Source: Deferribacterales bacterium
GTDB taxonomy: Bacteria > Chrysiogenota > Deferribacteres > Deferribacterales > Geovibrionaceae
Assembly: GCA_050251875.1 (NCBI GenBank)
Contig: JBFWMA010000002.1
Coordinates: 224,001 to 288,000, forward strand
DNA length: 64,000 nucleotides
Direction of reading: 5' to 3'
Positions 44,786 through 54,353 of the stretch are shown here, piece after piece (within the stretch, counting starts at the first letter, position 1; the number at the start of each line of letters is the position of its first letter). The translations under genes and the position numbers were made by a program. Under the pieces are notes generated by a model. It saw only the letters and a list, made by a program, of their open reading frames with translations, did no database searches and was not told where the DNA came from.

Positions 44786-45458
44786 ACGGATAGCGATAAT
44801 TCGTGAAAAAATAGATGAATCCCTGAAAAAATCAGGCAGAGACGGCGAACATGTGGAGATAGTGGCAGTCAGCAAATACTATCCGGTGGAAGCCATAAAA
44901 GACGCATACGCTCAGGGACACAGAGTGTTCGGCGAGAGCCGTGTGCAGGAAGCGATGGATAAAAAAGACGAACTTGAAGGATATGAAGGTCTGAAACTGC
45001 ATTTTATAGGTCATCTTCAGACAAATAAGGTAAAATATCTTAAAGATACGTTTGAACTGATACATTCTGTGGACAGCGAGAGGCTGGCAGAAGAGCTGAA
45101 CGCCTGTTTCGCTAAAACAGGCAGGGTTCAGGATATTTTGATTCAGGTGAATATAGCCGAAGACGCCAACAAGTCCGGAGTGGGCGAGCAGGATGTTTTT
45201 GATCTCTGCGCCCGTGTGGGACAGATGAAAAATCTGCGCCTGAGAGGGCTTATGATGATACCGCCCCTCACCGATGATGAGGAGAAAAACCGCAAATATT
45301 TTACAGGTATGAAGAAACTTTTTGACCAATGTATTGTCGATAAAGGATATGATATGGACATTCTGTCCATGGGGATGAGTGATGACTTTCAGATCGCCGT
45401 GGAGGAGGGCAGCACGATGGTGCGCATCGGCTCGGCTCTTTTCAAGGGCGACTATTAA
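44775..45458 (+). CDS. yggS: PLP homeostasis protein YggS
   Basis: AVSK, FGE.RVQE, HFIGHLQTNK, LSMGMSDDF..A.EEGSTMVRIGS. Confidence 0.95.
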   Translation: MFSERIAIIREKIDESLKKSGRDGEHVEIVAVSKYYPVEAIKDAYAQGHRVFGESRVQEAMDKKDELEGYEGLKLHFIGHLQTNKVKYLKDTFELIHSVDSERLAEELNACFAKTGRVQDILIQVNIAEDANKSGVGEQDVFDLCARVGQMKNLRLRGLMMIPPLTDDEEKNRKYFTGMKKLFDQCIVDKGYDMDILSMGMSDDFQIAVEEGSTMVRIGSALFKGDY

Positions 45459-45473
45459 TATTAAGAGGTAATT

Positions 45474-46298
45474 ATGAGTTTTTTGATGATGTTGATAAAG
45501 TTTTATCTGATAGTTCTGCTTTTCAGAAGCGTGATGTCACGTCAGGAGCTCTATTTCAACCCGCTGGGTAAAATAGTGGCAAAAATGACCGATCCGCTCT
45601 TTGAAAAGACATTGAAGATAAATAAGAAAACCGCTGACACCATGACTCCCGCTTTTGTTCTTGCCGCCGCCGTTCTGAACGGTGTGATTATCTTCGCTTT
45701 CGGCGGTTTCGGCATTGTGGAGTCTGTGCTTTACGCAGTTGGCGATATGCTGATGTTCCTTATGCTGTTTTACATCATTTGTATTATTCTGGGTATTTTC
45801 GCCGGAAACATGCAGATGTCATATTATGCTATGTATTTCAACAGGCTGGCTTCTTTCTGGGTCAGAGGCGTCAGAACCGTGATCCCCATAAAGAGCAACT
45901 GGATAGCGCTTTTTGCCGTTATTTTCGTATACGCTTTTTTCACCGTGCTGATAGGCGGCGTAAACTATCTCTCACAGCTCACCTCCGTGATTACGCAGGG
46001 ACACGCCGATATCTTCGTTGCCATGCGCATAGCTGTTAAGAATGGTCTGCTGTCTCTCGTATGGCTGCTGGATGTATATATCTGGGTGGTGATAATCAGA
46101 GCGCTGATGAGCTGGGTCAGCCCCGACCCCAGAAACCCCGTGGTTCAGCTTCTGCACTCCGTGACAGATCCGGTGATGGAGCCGCTCAGGCGTGTTATCC
46201 CTCCGCTCGGACCTATAGATATCACACCTATGGTGTTTATATTTATAATATATTTTATAAAGATAATGAGCCTTAGGCTGATAGGAATAATGCTTTGA
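45474..46298 (+). CDS. yggT: YggT family membrane protein (multi-repeat)
   Basis: RALMSWVSPDPRNP...TDP...PLRR.IPP.G.IDI.P. Confidence 0.85.
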   Translation: MSFLMMLIKFYLIVLLFRSVMSRQELYFNPLGKIVAKMTDPLFEKTLKINKKTADTMTPAFVLAAAVLNGVIIFAFGGFGIVESVLYAVGDMLMFLMLFYIICIILGIFAGNMQMSYYAMYFNRLASFWVRGVRTVIPIKSNWIALFAVIFVYAFFTVLIGGVNYLSQLTSVITQGHADIFVAMRIAVKNGLLSLVWLLDVYIWVVIIRALMSWVSPDPRNPVVQLLHSVTDPVMEPLRRVIPPLGPIDITPMVFIFIIYFIKIMSLRLIGIML

Positions 46299-47293
46299 TA
46301 AACAAGCTGAAATACGTCTACATCGGTTCCGCTCTGATTATTCTGACGGCCTTTATCGGCGTATTCGGTTATGTGCACATAGAGCACGCCAGTATTCTTG
46401 ATTCTGTTTATATGACCGTGATAACCATAACCACGGTGGGATTCGGCGAGGTATTTCCTCTTTCTGACAACGGAAAGATTTTTACCATATTCATGATCCT
46501 GATGGGAACGGGCACAGTGGCATATACAGCCACACAGTTCATCGACTATGTTGTTACGGGCGACCTCACAAATATGTTCGGGAGAAGAAAGATGCAGCAC
46601 ACGATAGATTCCATGAACAATCACTTCATCCTCTGCGGTTTCGGGCGTATGGGACGCATAATCGCCGAGATACTCAGAGATAATCAGGTGCCGTTCATCA
46701 TAGTTGACCCCGAAGAGAGAAAGAGTGAGGCGGCGGACGAGAAATATGTCTTCGTGACGGGGGACGCCACCCACGACATGGTTCTGAAAAGAGCCGGTGT
46801 GGACAGGGCAAAAGGGCTCATCACCGTTGTGGACACAGACGAGAAAAACCTTTATATCGTTCTGACGGCGAAAGGTCTGAACAAAAAGCTCTATATAGTC
46901 GCCAAAGTGGCGCAGGAAGAGGCAAACAGCAAATTCATGTGGGCGGGAGCGGACAAAATAGTGTCTCCGTATACCATCGGCGGACGAAGCATCGCCTACA
47001 GCATCATAAAGCCTCATGTCTCGGATTTCCTTGACATGACAATGGGAAAGAACGACCTTGGAATGAAGGTCGAGGAGGTGATTATTCACGAAGGAAACAG
47101 GCTTGAAAATGTGGCGATCATGGATTCCAACGTAAGACAGTTAGGAATCATCATTGTAGCCATAAGAAAGAATGACGGGGTTTTTCTTTATAACCCCGGA
47201 CCCCATGAGGTGATCAGGGCGGAAGACACCCTGATAGCACTCGGACGTTCAGAGGATTTTATCGCTCTGGACAAATATTTATCAAGAGGCTGA
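46295..47293 (+). CDS. Potassium channel with RCK (TrkA-N/TrkA-C) domains
   Basis: Pore motif TITTVGFGE; CGFGRMG, GDAT. Confidence 0.92.
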   Translation: MINKLKYVYIGSALIILTAFIGVFGYVHIEHASILDSVYMTVITITTVGFGEVFPLSDNGKIFTIFMILMGTGTVAYTATQFIDYVVTGDLTNMFGRRKMQHTIDSMNNHFILCGFGRMGRIIAEILRDNQVPFIIVDPEERKSEAADEKYVFVTGDATHDMVLKRAGVDRAKGLITVVDTDEKNLYIVLTAKGLNKKLYIVAKVAQEEANSKFMWAGADKIVSPYTIGGRSIAYSIIKPHVSDFLDMTMGKNDLGMKVEEVIIHEGNRLENVAIMDSNVRQLGIIIVAIRKNDGVFLYNPGPHEVIRAEDTLIALGRSEDFIALDKYLSRG

Positions 47294-47294
47294 A

Positions 47295-48269
47295 ATGTGG
47301 ATTTTTAGAATTCTGTACGCCATTTTTATAATGGCTGCGTTCATTTTTATCAGAGACAGGCTGGGCATTGACCTTACCCATGCTGTTTTGTATTCATTCG
47401 GAGTTATTTTCGCTATTGTCTTTATTGAAACTCTTATTTCCGATATCAAAAGCTACCGCTTTTTCAGCGGTGTTATCGGAGCTATCGTCTTTTTAATTAT
47501 CGGTTATTCCTTAGCCTCCATCTTTGCCGCTTATTTTAACAATGATGCTCTCAGGCTCGCTTTCTATTTCTTCGTTCTCTATCTCGGTGTGAACACCGGA
47601 CAGAAGTTCTCCTGGGTTATAGAGGGCATAATGACCCGCCTGATGGCGAAACAGCCGAAACACCAGAAATATACCTCCACCGCGAAAGCTCTGGACACAT
47701 CCACCCTTATAGACGGACGTATTGCCGACATAGTGGACACCGGGCTTCTGGAGGGCGCTCTCATCATCCCCACGTTTATTCTGAAAGAGCTTCAGAATAT
47801 CGCTGACTCGCACGATCACCTGCGCAGACAGAAGGGAAGAAGAGGGCTGAACGTGCTGAAACGTCTTCAGGAGCAGACTATTCTGCCCGTGGACATCAAC
47901 AACACGGATTTTTCTGACATCGGCACTGTGGATGAAAAGCTGGTTGCGCTGGCGAAAAAGATGAAAGCGGATATCATCACCACCGATTTTAACCTTCTGA
48001 AAGTGGCGGAGATTCAGAACATAAAGGTTCTGAACCTGAACAACCTCTCCATGGCTATGCGCCAGACAGTGCTTCCCGGCGAGGAGTTCGAGATCAACGT
48101 GGTTAAAGAGGGTAAAGAATCCAACCAGGGAGTCGGATATCTGGATGACGGAACTATGGTGGTTCTGGAAAACGGAAGAAAGCTGATAGGCAGAACAGTG
48201 AAGGTAATAGTTACCAGTCTGCTTCAGACAGAATCCGGAAGAATAATTTTTACTAAGGTCAAATCTTGA
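47295..48269 (+). CDS. PIN/TRAM domain membrane protein (YacL-like)
   Basis: LDTS..IDGRI, ELQ.IADS, GRRGL, QGVGYLDDGTMVV. Confidence 0.92.
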   Translation: MWIFRILYAIFIMAAFIFIRDRLGIDLTHAVLYSFGVIFAIVFIETLISDIKSYRFFSGVIGAIVFLIIGYSLASIFAAYFNNDALRLAFYFFVLYLGVNTGQKFSWVIEGIMTRLMAKQPKHQKYTSTAKALDTSTLIDGRIADIVDTGLLEGALIIPTFILKELQNIADSHDHLRRQKGRRGLNVLKRLQEQTILPVDINNTDFSDIGTVDEKLVALAKKMKADIITTDFNLLKVAEIQNIKVLNLNNLSMAMRQTVLPGEEFEINVVKEGKESNQGVGYLDDGTMVVLENGRKLIGRTVKVIVTSLLQTESGRIIFTKVKS

Positions 48270-48943
48270 ACGTAACCTGTATAATACCTGCCGCCGGACT
48301 GGGAAAACGGTTCGGCGGCAATGTAAAAAAACAGTTCTATGAGGTGCTGGACAAAACCGTCCTGTACTATACTCTGATCGCCCTGAGCAGGGCGTATCCC
48401 TTCGCCGAGTTCATTCTGGGCGCTGACCCGGATGATTTTCTGATTTTGTCAAAAGAGCTGCAGGACGCAGGCATCACATCTTTTCAGCTTGTCGCCGGAG
48501 GCGCCGAGCGTTATGAGACAGTGTATAACTGTCTGAAAGCGGCTAAGACGGAATATGTGCTGATACATGACGCAGTAAGACCTTTTCTGTCCGCAGACAT
48601 TGTTCAGAACACTATCGAGGCGGCAGGGGACACCGGAGCGGCTATCTGCGCTCTGCCTGTGCGTGATACTCTGAAAAAGATAAACAAAACAGGCGTGGAA
48701 CAGACGGTGAACCGTGACGAATATGTTCTTTCCCACACTCCGCAGGTGTTCGAGGCGGCAACGCTGAAAAAAGCGGTGGAAAATCTGGAAGAGCTGGAGA
48801 TGATGGTTACGGATGAGGCTCAGGCTATGGAGCTTTTCGGGATAAAAGTGAAATGGGTGATGTCGTCACCGGATAATATCAAAATAACCTACCTGAACGA
48901 CATGGACATGGCGGAGAGTCTTGTCAGAAAGTATTTCGGCTAA
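48266..48943 (+). CDS. ispD: 2-C-methyl-D-erythritol 4-phosphate cytidylyltransferase
   Basis: PAAG.GKRFG, GG.ER, IHDAVRP, TPQ.F, TDE, NIKIT. Confidence 0.92.
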   Translation: MNVTCIIPAAGLGKRFGGNVKKQFYEVLDKTVLYYTLIALSRAYPFAEFILGADPDDFLILSKELQDAGITSFQLVAGGAERYETVYNCLKAAKTEYVLIHDAVRPFLSADIVQNTIEAAGDTGAAICALPVRDTLKKINKTGVEQTVNRDEYVLSHTPQVFEAATLKKAVENLEELEMMVTDEAQAMELFGIKVKWVMSSPDNIKITYLNDMDMAESLVRKYFG

Positions 48944-50232
48944 CTTTCCTCATTCTTCTGAACGATCGATTTGTAATATATCTGGAGCTTATCTGTCAGC
49001 AGTTTGCATGTGTTATACATCCCTGCGTTAATGCGGGTTTCGTATATTTCATCCGCCTCGATCTTAACATCATCGGGGATATAGGTTTTGTGCTGACCTG
49101 AGTGCATGCAGTCAGGCTTGGGACAGAGAAATTTTACCGGGAGCATATCGCCTATGGTACTCCATATTATGGGGTTGGAGCTGCATGAATTCTTTATGGT
49201 GTAGGCATACTGAAGCACAAGGTGCTTTACCGCCGGCAGGAACAGCTTGCTGAGATACGCTGTGACGTCTTTATCCGCGTAACCGAGCTCAGCCAGCTCA
49301 TACATGAACTTATGAACCTCAAGGTTGCCAGGATCTGTCTTGTTTATTTTTACTATTTCTATGAACTGGTTAACTGTGACGAGTATTCTAAGGAACAGGT
49401 TGTTCTTGTTCACTGTGTCGCAGAAGATCGGAACCGTATTCTCTTTGTCGAAGCAGTGCTTCACACGGATAGCTTCTTCGATGGTTTCGTCATTTACCAG
49501 AGATTTCGCTATCATCGCCGACCGCTCTATGCAGTCTCTGTTCTCTCTACAGTCCATAAGGGAGGCTATATCCTGAAGGATGGAGGTCAGGGCGATCTTC
49601 ACCAGAATACCGCCGGATTCGTCTCTGGCGAGGCTCTGGCGGCAGAAAGGAGCGATGTGGAGACTGATAAAGGCGGAATTGATATTGTCGGTCAGAAGCT
49701 CTCTGGTGGTGCCTGTGTTTTTAAAAATGTTAACCATCGCTTTGATGCCGTCAGGACCTGTGAGCATATATTCTATAGATTTATTAAACACATCCAGAGC
49801 GTTCACTTCGGAAGTATTCGATCTTACTTTGGTGTAAAAGTCGGTATATTTATCCTGAGAGAAGATGAAATCATCGAGGATGGTGGCGACACGTTCGATG
49901 GATTTTCCCCTGTAATAGCTCATTACGTCAGACGTACAGGCGATTTTGATGGCGGAAGTTCTGAACTTTGTATCGTTGTAATATCTTTCCAGAAGAGCAT
50001 CGAGATATTTTGAAACCGGAACGTCTTTGTTTATCAGAACATTTCCGTTGGCGTCTTTGATCTCTGAACCGAATGACATGGCGGTTTTTGTTATGGACAG
50101 ACCGTTTTTGCCCAGAAAGTCCATAAAGCCTCTTTTTCCCATTGAATGTAGTTTTTGAACTAGAATTTCCTCGGGCAGGCTTGTATCCAGTGATAGAAGC
50201 TCAAATATATTCGCATGCTCAATCAGATTCAT
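48940..50232 (-). CDS. Hypothetical protein, possible degenerate HD/HD-GYP-like fold
   Basis: 430-aa ORF filling the gap; ILQDIA and RILVTVNQF segments; Cys-rich C-terminus. Confidence 0.7.
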   Translation of the reverse strand: MNLIEHANIFELLSLDTSLPEEILVQKLHSMGKRGFMDFLGKNGLSITKTAMSFGSEIKDANGNVLINKDVPVSKYLDALLERYYNDTKFRTSAIKIACTSDVMSYYRGKSIERVATILDDFIFSQDKYTDFYTKVRSNTSEVNALDVFNKSIEYMLTGPDGIKAMVNIFKNTGTTRELLTDNINSAFISLHIAPFCRQSLARDESGGILVKIALTSILQDIASLMDCRENRDCIERSAMIAKSLVNDETIEEAIRVKHCFDKENTVPIFCDTVNKNNLFLRILVTVNQFIEIVKINKTDPGNLEVHKFMYELAELGYADKDVTAYLSKLFLPAVKHLVLQYAYTIKNSCSSNPIIWSTIGDMLPVKFLCPKPDCMHSGQHKTYIPDDVKIEADEIYETRINAGMYNTCKLLTDKLQIYYKSIVQKNEES

Positions 50233-50383
50233 ATCATCTCACAGAATAACTATTATTATGTATTAAGTATAATGATTTTCACAGTTTTGCATAGCAATAA
50301 TTTATTGCCTAACTGAGATTCTTTCATATCTTAATGAGTGCAAACTCTTTGACTTAAAACTTAAGAGGTGATAAAGAATTATC

Positions 50384-51025
50384 ATGGATTTTAATATTAA
50401 TGAATATCTTCGTTTTCTGACACTGGCAATAGTGCCTTTCATGCTGGCGATCACCGTGCACGAGTTCTCTCACGGCATGAGCGCCTATCTGCTGGGGGAT
50501 GACACAGCCAAGAGAGCCGGAAGGCTCACGCTGAATCCTTTTGCCCATGTGGATATCATGGGGCTTCTGTTTCTGATAATCACCCGTCTGTTCGGCTGGG
50601 CTAAACCCGTGCCTGTTAACTACGGACGACTGTATAAAAAGACGAAATACGGTCCCGCCATTGTGGCATTCGCCGGACCGCTGTCCAACCTTGTGCTGGC
50701 TGTTCTGTCATCCATAGCGCTCAAGATGCTGTATACCATGCAGTTTGAGCAGGGGAGCACACTGCTGAAAGTGATGCTGCCGGTGGCGGGCATGCTGAGG
50801 CTGTCTATCAACATCAACGTGGCTCTGTTCATATTCAATCTGCTGCCTCTGCCTCCGCTGGACGGCGGGCGCATAGTGGAGAATCTGCTCCCCTATGACA
50901 AGGCGGTGGCGTATGCCAAGCTCGAAAGATACGGATTTTTGATACTTCTGGTGCTTTTTATCTCCGGAGGTATAAACTATATTCTTATGCCATTTATGAC
51001 ATTCTTTTTAAATATTCTATTGTAG
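50384..51025 (+). CDS. Site-2 protease (M50 family)
   Basis: HEFSH, AGPLSN, FNLLPLPPLDGG. Confidence 0.93.
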   Translation: MDFNINEYLRFLTLAIVPFMLAITVHEFSHGMSAYLLGDDTAKRAGRLTLNPFAHVDIMGLLFLIITRLFGWAKPVPVNYGRLYKKTKYGPAIVAFAGPLSNLVLAVLSSIALKMLYTMQFEQGSTLLKVMLPVAGMLRLSININVALFIFNLLPLPPLDGGRIVENLLPYDKAVAYAKLERYGFLILLVLFISGGINYILMPFMTFFLNILL

Positions 51026-51035
51026 AGGATCAGGT

Positions 51036-52016
51036 ATGGAAAAAGTTCTCAGCGGTATGCGCCCTACGGGCAGACTGCACATCGGTCATTACTTCGGAGC
51101 CCTGAAAAACTGGCTCGACCTTCAGGAAAAACATCAGTGTTTTTATTTTGTCGCCGACTGGCACGCTCTCACCACTAATTACGAAAATCCGGAAGACATC
51201 ATAGAAAACCGCAAACAGCTCGTTCTGGACTGGCTCAGCGTTGGTCTCGACCCGAACAAATGTAATATGTTCGTTCAGTCGCACAACATCTATCACGCTG
51301 AACTCAGCCTCCTGCTGTCTATGCTGACCCCCGTCAGCTGGCTGGAAAGATGTCCCACATATAAAGAGATCAAACAGGAAACCACTAACAAAGACCTGTC
51401 AAACCTCGGGTTTTTGAGCTATCCGGTTATTATGACAGCCGATATCGTTATGTACGGCGCCACATACGTCCCCGTGGGCGAAGATCAGCTTCCGCACATT
51501 GAGATCAGCCGTGAGATAGTGAGACGCTTCCACCACCTGTATAACTGCAATGTGTTCGTGGAGCCCAAAGGAGTTCTGACCGAAGTGCCCAGAGTGCCAG
51601 GTCTGGACGGACGCAAGATGAGCAAAAGCTATAATAACTATATATCTCTGTCAGAGGATCTGGGCGAGGTTGAACAGAAGGTCAAAAAGATGGTGACCGA
51701 CACCAACCGCCAGAGACTGAAAGACCCCGGAAACCCTGAGGTATGCCCTGTTTTCGACTATCATAAAGTGTTCTCCACTGAAGAGGAGAGAGAATACATC
51801 ACCAACGGCTGCACAAAAGCGTCCATCGGGTGCATGGAGTGCAAAATGATACTCTTCAAGCACATTCAGGAGCTTCTCACGCCTATTCAGGACAGACGCA
51901 GAAAGTTCGAGGCGGAGATAACCGATATAGACGAATTCTTAAAGCCTATGCAGGACAGAGCCAACAACGAAGCCGCCTGCATGATGGAAAAAGTGAGGAA
52001 AGCGCTTAAAATATGA
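51036..52016 (+). CDS. trpS: Tryptophan--tRNA ligase
   Basis: SGMRPTG.LHIGH, PVGEDQ, KMSKS. Confidence 0.96.
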   Translation: MEKVLSGMRPTGRLHIGHYFGALKNWLDLQEKHQCFYFVADWHALTTNYENPEDIIENRKQLVLDWLSVGLDPNKCNMFVQSHNIYHAELSLLLSMLTPVSWLERCPTYKEIKQETTNKDLSNLGFLSYPVIMTADIVMYGATYVPVGEDQLPHIEISREIVRRFHHLYNCNVFVEPKGVLTEVPRVPGLDGRKMSKSYNNYISLSEDLGEVEQKVKKMVTDTNRQRLKDPGNPEVCPVFDYHKVFSTEEEREYITNGCTKASIGCMECKMILFKHIQELLTPIQDRRRKFEAEITDIDEFLKPMQDRANNEAACMMEKVRKALKI

Positions 52017-52738
52017 GCCGTCTTCTGGACGTCAGACTGGATAATTTCGAAGGACCTTTAGACCTTCTCATCCACCTGATATATAAGAATGAGCTGAATA
52101 TTTACGATATCCCCATAGCATTTATCGCCGGACAGTTCGTAGAGGCGGTGAACGAGATGGAAAAGCTGGATATCGAAGTTGCCGCCGAGTTTATCAACAT
52201 GGCGTCATATCTTATATATCTTAAATCAAGGATGCTTCTGCCTAAGGAATCGCTCCCCATGGAGGAGCTCGACCCTGAGGAAGAGAAATTCATTCTGACA
52301 CAGAGACTTGTGGAATATTCATTCTATAAGGACATAGCGGTTAAGCTGAAAGAATATGAGTCCGACTCAGGAAAATATCTGATGAGGACATCCACCATAT
52401 ACATCGAAAAAGAGATTATGCAGACGGAAGATCCGTACCGCATAGCTAACGCCTTCTTTTCTCTGCTGGAAAAGGGCAATGAAAAACCCATGAAGTTCGA
52501 GAAGGACATCGTGGACGTTACCGATGTGATAAAGAAGCTGAAAGCGCTGATTCTGGAAAAACAGCGTATAATGTGGTCGGAGATAGTTAAAACCTGCGTC
52601 AGCAAGCGTGAGGTGGTTATGTCTCTTCTGGCTGTGCTGGAGCTGATGCGCCTTACCGTTGTGGAGGCTTCGCAGGCGGAGACCTTCGGCGAGATAGTCA
52701 TCGAGCAGTTAAATACTTCTGAGGCTGTAAATGGATAA
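52013..52738 (+). CDS. scpA: Segregation/condensation protein A
   Basis: FEGPLDLL..LI, KSRMLLP, A.LEL. Confidence 0.93.
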   Translation: MSRLLDVRLDNFEGPLDLLIHLIYKNELNIYDIPIAFIAGQFVEAVNEMEKLDIEVAAEFINMASYLIYLKSRMLLPKESLPMEELDPEEEKFILTQRLVEYSFYKDIAVKLKEYESDSGKYLMRTSTIYIEKEIMQTEDPYRIANAFFSLLEKGNEKPMKFEKDIVDVTDVIKKLKALILEKQRIMWSEIVKTCVSKREVVMSLLAVLELMRLTVVEASQAETFGEIVIEQLNTSEAVNG

Positions 52739-53246
52739 GGAACAAAAGATTTTTTACAGTTCGCTCTTTCTTTCCGGCGAACCTCTGGACAAAAAATTCT
52801 TTCGCAAAATCCTCGACCCCATCAACCTTGAGAACAGGCTTCTGGACTATATGGAAAAGTTCAACGCTATGGAGCAGGGGATTAAAATCCGTCAGGTATC
52901 AGGCGGGTTTCAGATGGTTACGGAGAAGGATCTTTTCAACGAACTGGAGCCCTTTTTCGGAGAAAAAACAGAGACTCTCAGCAGGGCGTCTCTGGAAACA
53001 GCCGCTATCATAGCTTATAAACAGCCTATAACCAGGCTGGAGATAGACGAGATCAGGGGTGTTAACTCATCCGGTACCGTGCGCTATCTGCTGGATAAGA
53101 ACCTCGTGAAGGTTACAGGACGAAAGGATGTTCCCGGCAAACCCCTTTTATACAGCACAACAAAGTTTTTTCTGGAATATATGGGTATCAACGACATATC
53201 TGAACTGCCGACATTCAGAGAATGGCAGGAGCTGAAAGCTAAATGA
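52731..53246 (+). CDS. scpB: SMC-Scp complex subunit ScpB
   Basis: LS.A.LET.AIIAYKQPITR.EI..IRGV, PG.P.LY.TT..FL. Confidence 0.94.
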   Translation: MDKEQKIFYSSLFLSGEPLDKKFFRKILDPINLENRLLDYMEKFNAMEQGIKIRQVSGGFQMVTEKDLFNELEPFFGEKTETLSRASLETAAIIAYKQPITRLEIDEIRGVNSSGTVRYLLDKNLVKVTGRKDVPGKPLLYSTTKFFLEYMGINDISELPTFREWQELKAK

Positions 53247-53932
53247 GTGTGAGACTAAATAAATTTCTGGCAGAGAACACATCTCTGTCACGCAGAGACG
53301 CCGACAGGGCTGTGGAGGAAGGCAGGGTCACCGTGAACGGAGAACCCGCCGAAGGACCCTGGGTTCAGGTGGACGATACAGTGAAAGTGGCTCTGGACGG
53401 ACAGCCTGTGGGGCTGTCTGATCTTTTTTACTGGGCTTTTTATAAACCGGTGAATATTCTGACTGCCTATGGAGACGGACACGGAAAAGACACTCTGGAC
53501 GTGTTTCCCATGCTCCATGAGAAAAAACCGGCGTATTCCGGACGTCTGGATTATGAGAGCGAAGGACTAATTATATTCAGCAATGACGGCGATTTTATAC
53601 AGAGGCTTCAGAACAGCGATGAAAAGGTTCAGAAGGAATATGTGGTCTCTGTTAATAAAGCGCTTACAGATGAACAGCTTAACGTTTTGCGCAAGGGTGT
53701 GTCATACGAGGGTATAGATTATCTGCCCTGCATCATACATAAACAGGACTCAAAACGTTTCACCGTTATCCTGCACGAAGGGAAAAAACGCCAGATACGC
53801 AATATGTTCCGTGTTTTTAACGCTCAGGTGAAGAGGCTGAAAAGAGTGCGCATCGGGCGTGTAAATCTGGACGGCATGAAAGCGGGGGACATGAGGGTTC
53901 TGACCGAAAAAGATCTGGCGGGGATGCTGTAA
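53243..53932 (+). CDS. RsuA/RluB family pseudouridine synthase
   Basis: S4 domain RLNKFLA, GRLD.ESEGL, EGK.RQIR.M. Confidence 0.9.
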   Translation: MSVRLNKFLAENTSLSRRDADRAVEEGRVTVNGEPAEGPWVQVDDTVKVALDGQPVGLSDLFYWAFYKPVNILTAYGDGHGKDTLDVFPMLHEKKPAYSGRLDYESEGLIIFSNDGDFIQRLQNSDEKVQKEYVVSVNKALTDEQLNVLRKGVSYEGIDYLPCIIHKQDSKRFTVILHEGKKRQIRNMFRVFNAQVKRLKRVRIGRVNLDGMKAGDMRVLTEKDLAGML

Positions 53933-54294
53933 TGTATAGAGTCAGAGTTATCCAGTATTTTAACGGCGCTCACAACCTTAGAAACTATCAGGGCAAGTGC
54001 GAAAATCTGCACGGGCATAACTGGAAGGTTGAGGCTTATCTTCAGGGAAATGAGCTGAATGATACCGAAATGCTTGTTGATTTCAAGATATTAAAAGGAA
54101 GACTTAAGGAGATACTTGAGGAATTAGACCATAAGTATCTGAATGAACAGGTTGAATTCTTTAAAACAAATAACCCTACCAGCGAAAATATCGCTGTTTT
54201 CATCTATAACAGGTTGAAAGAGACATTCGGCTCTATGACCGACAGAGTCATAGTCTGGGAGACTGAGTTTCAGGGCGCTGAATATTTCGAGTAA
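53932..54294 (+). CDS. queD: 6-carboxytetrahydropterin synthase
   Basis: AH.L..Y.GKC..LHGHNW, LDH.YLN, NPTSE, VWET. Confidence 0.93.
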   Translation: MYRVRVIQYFNGAHNLRNYQGKCENLHGHNWKVEAYLQGNELNDTEMLVDFKILKGRLKEILEELDHKYLNEQVEFFKTNNPTSENIAVFIYNRLKETFGSMTDRVIVWETEFQGAEYFE

Positions 54295-54353
54295 CTGTAG
54301 ATTTGAATAATCTGTAACTATCGTTTAGAATAAGAAGAAAAAGCAGGTTGCCG

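Noticed and set aside
48266..48943. ispF missing after the PIN/TRAM gene and ispD
   Set aside because: Separation of ispD and ispF is common, and absence cannot be judged from one window
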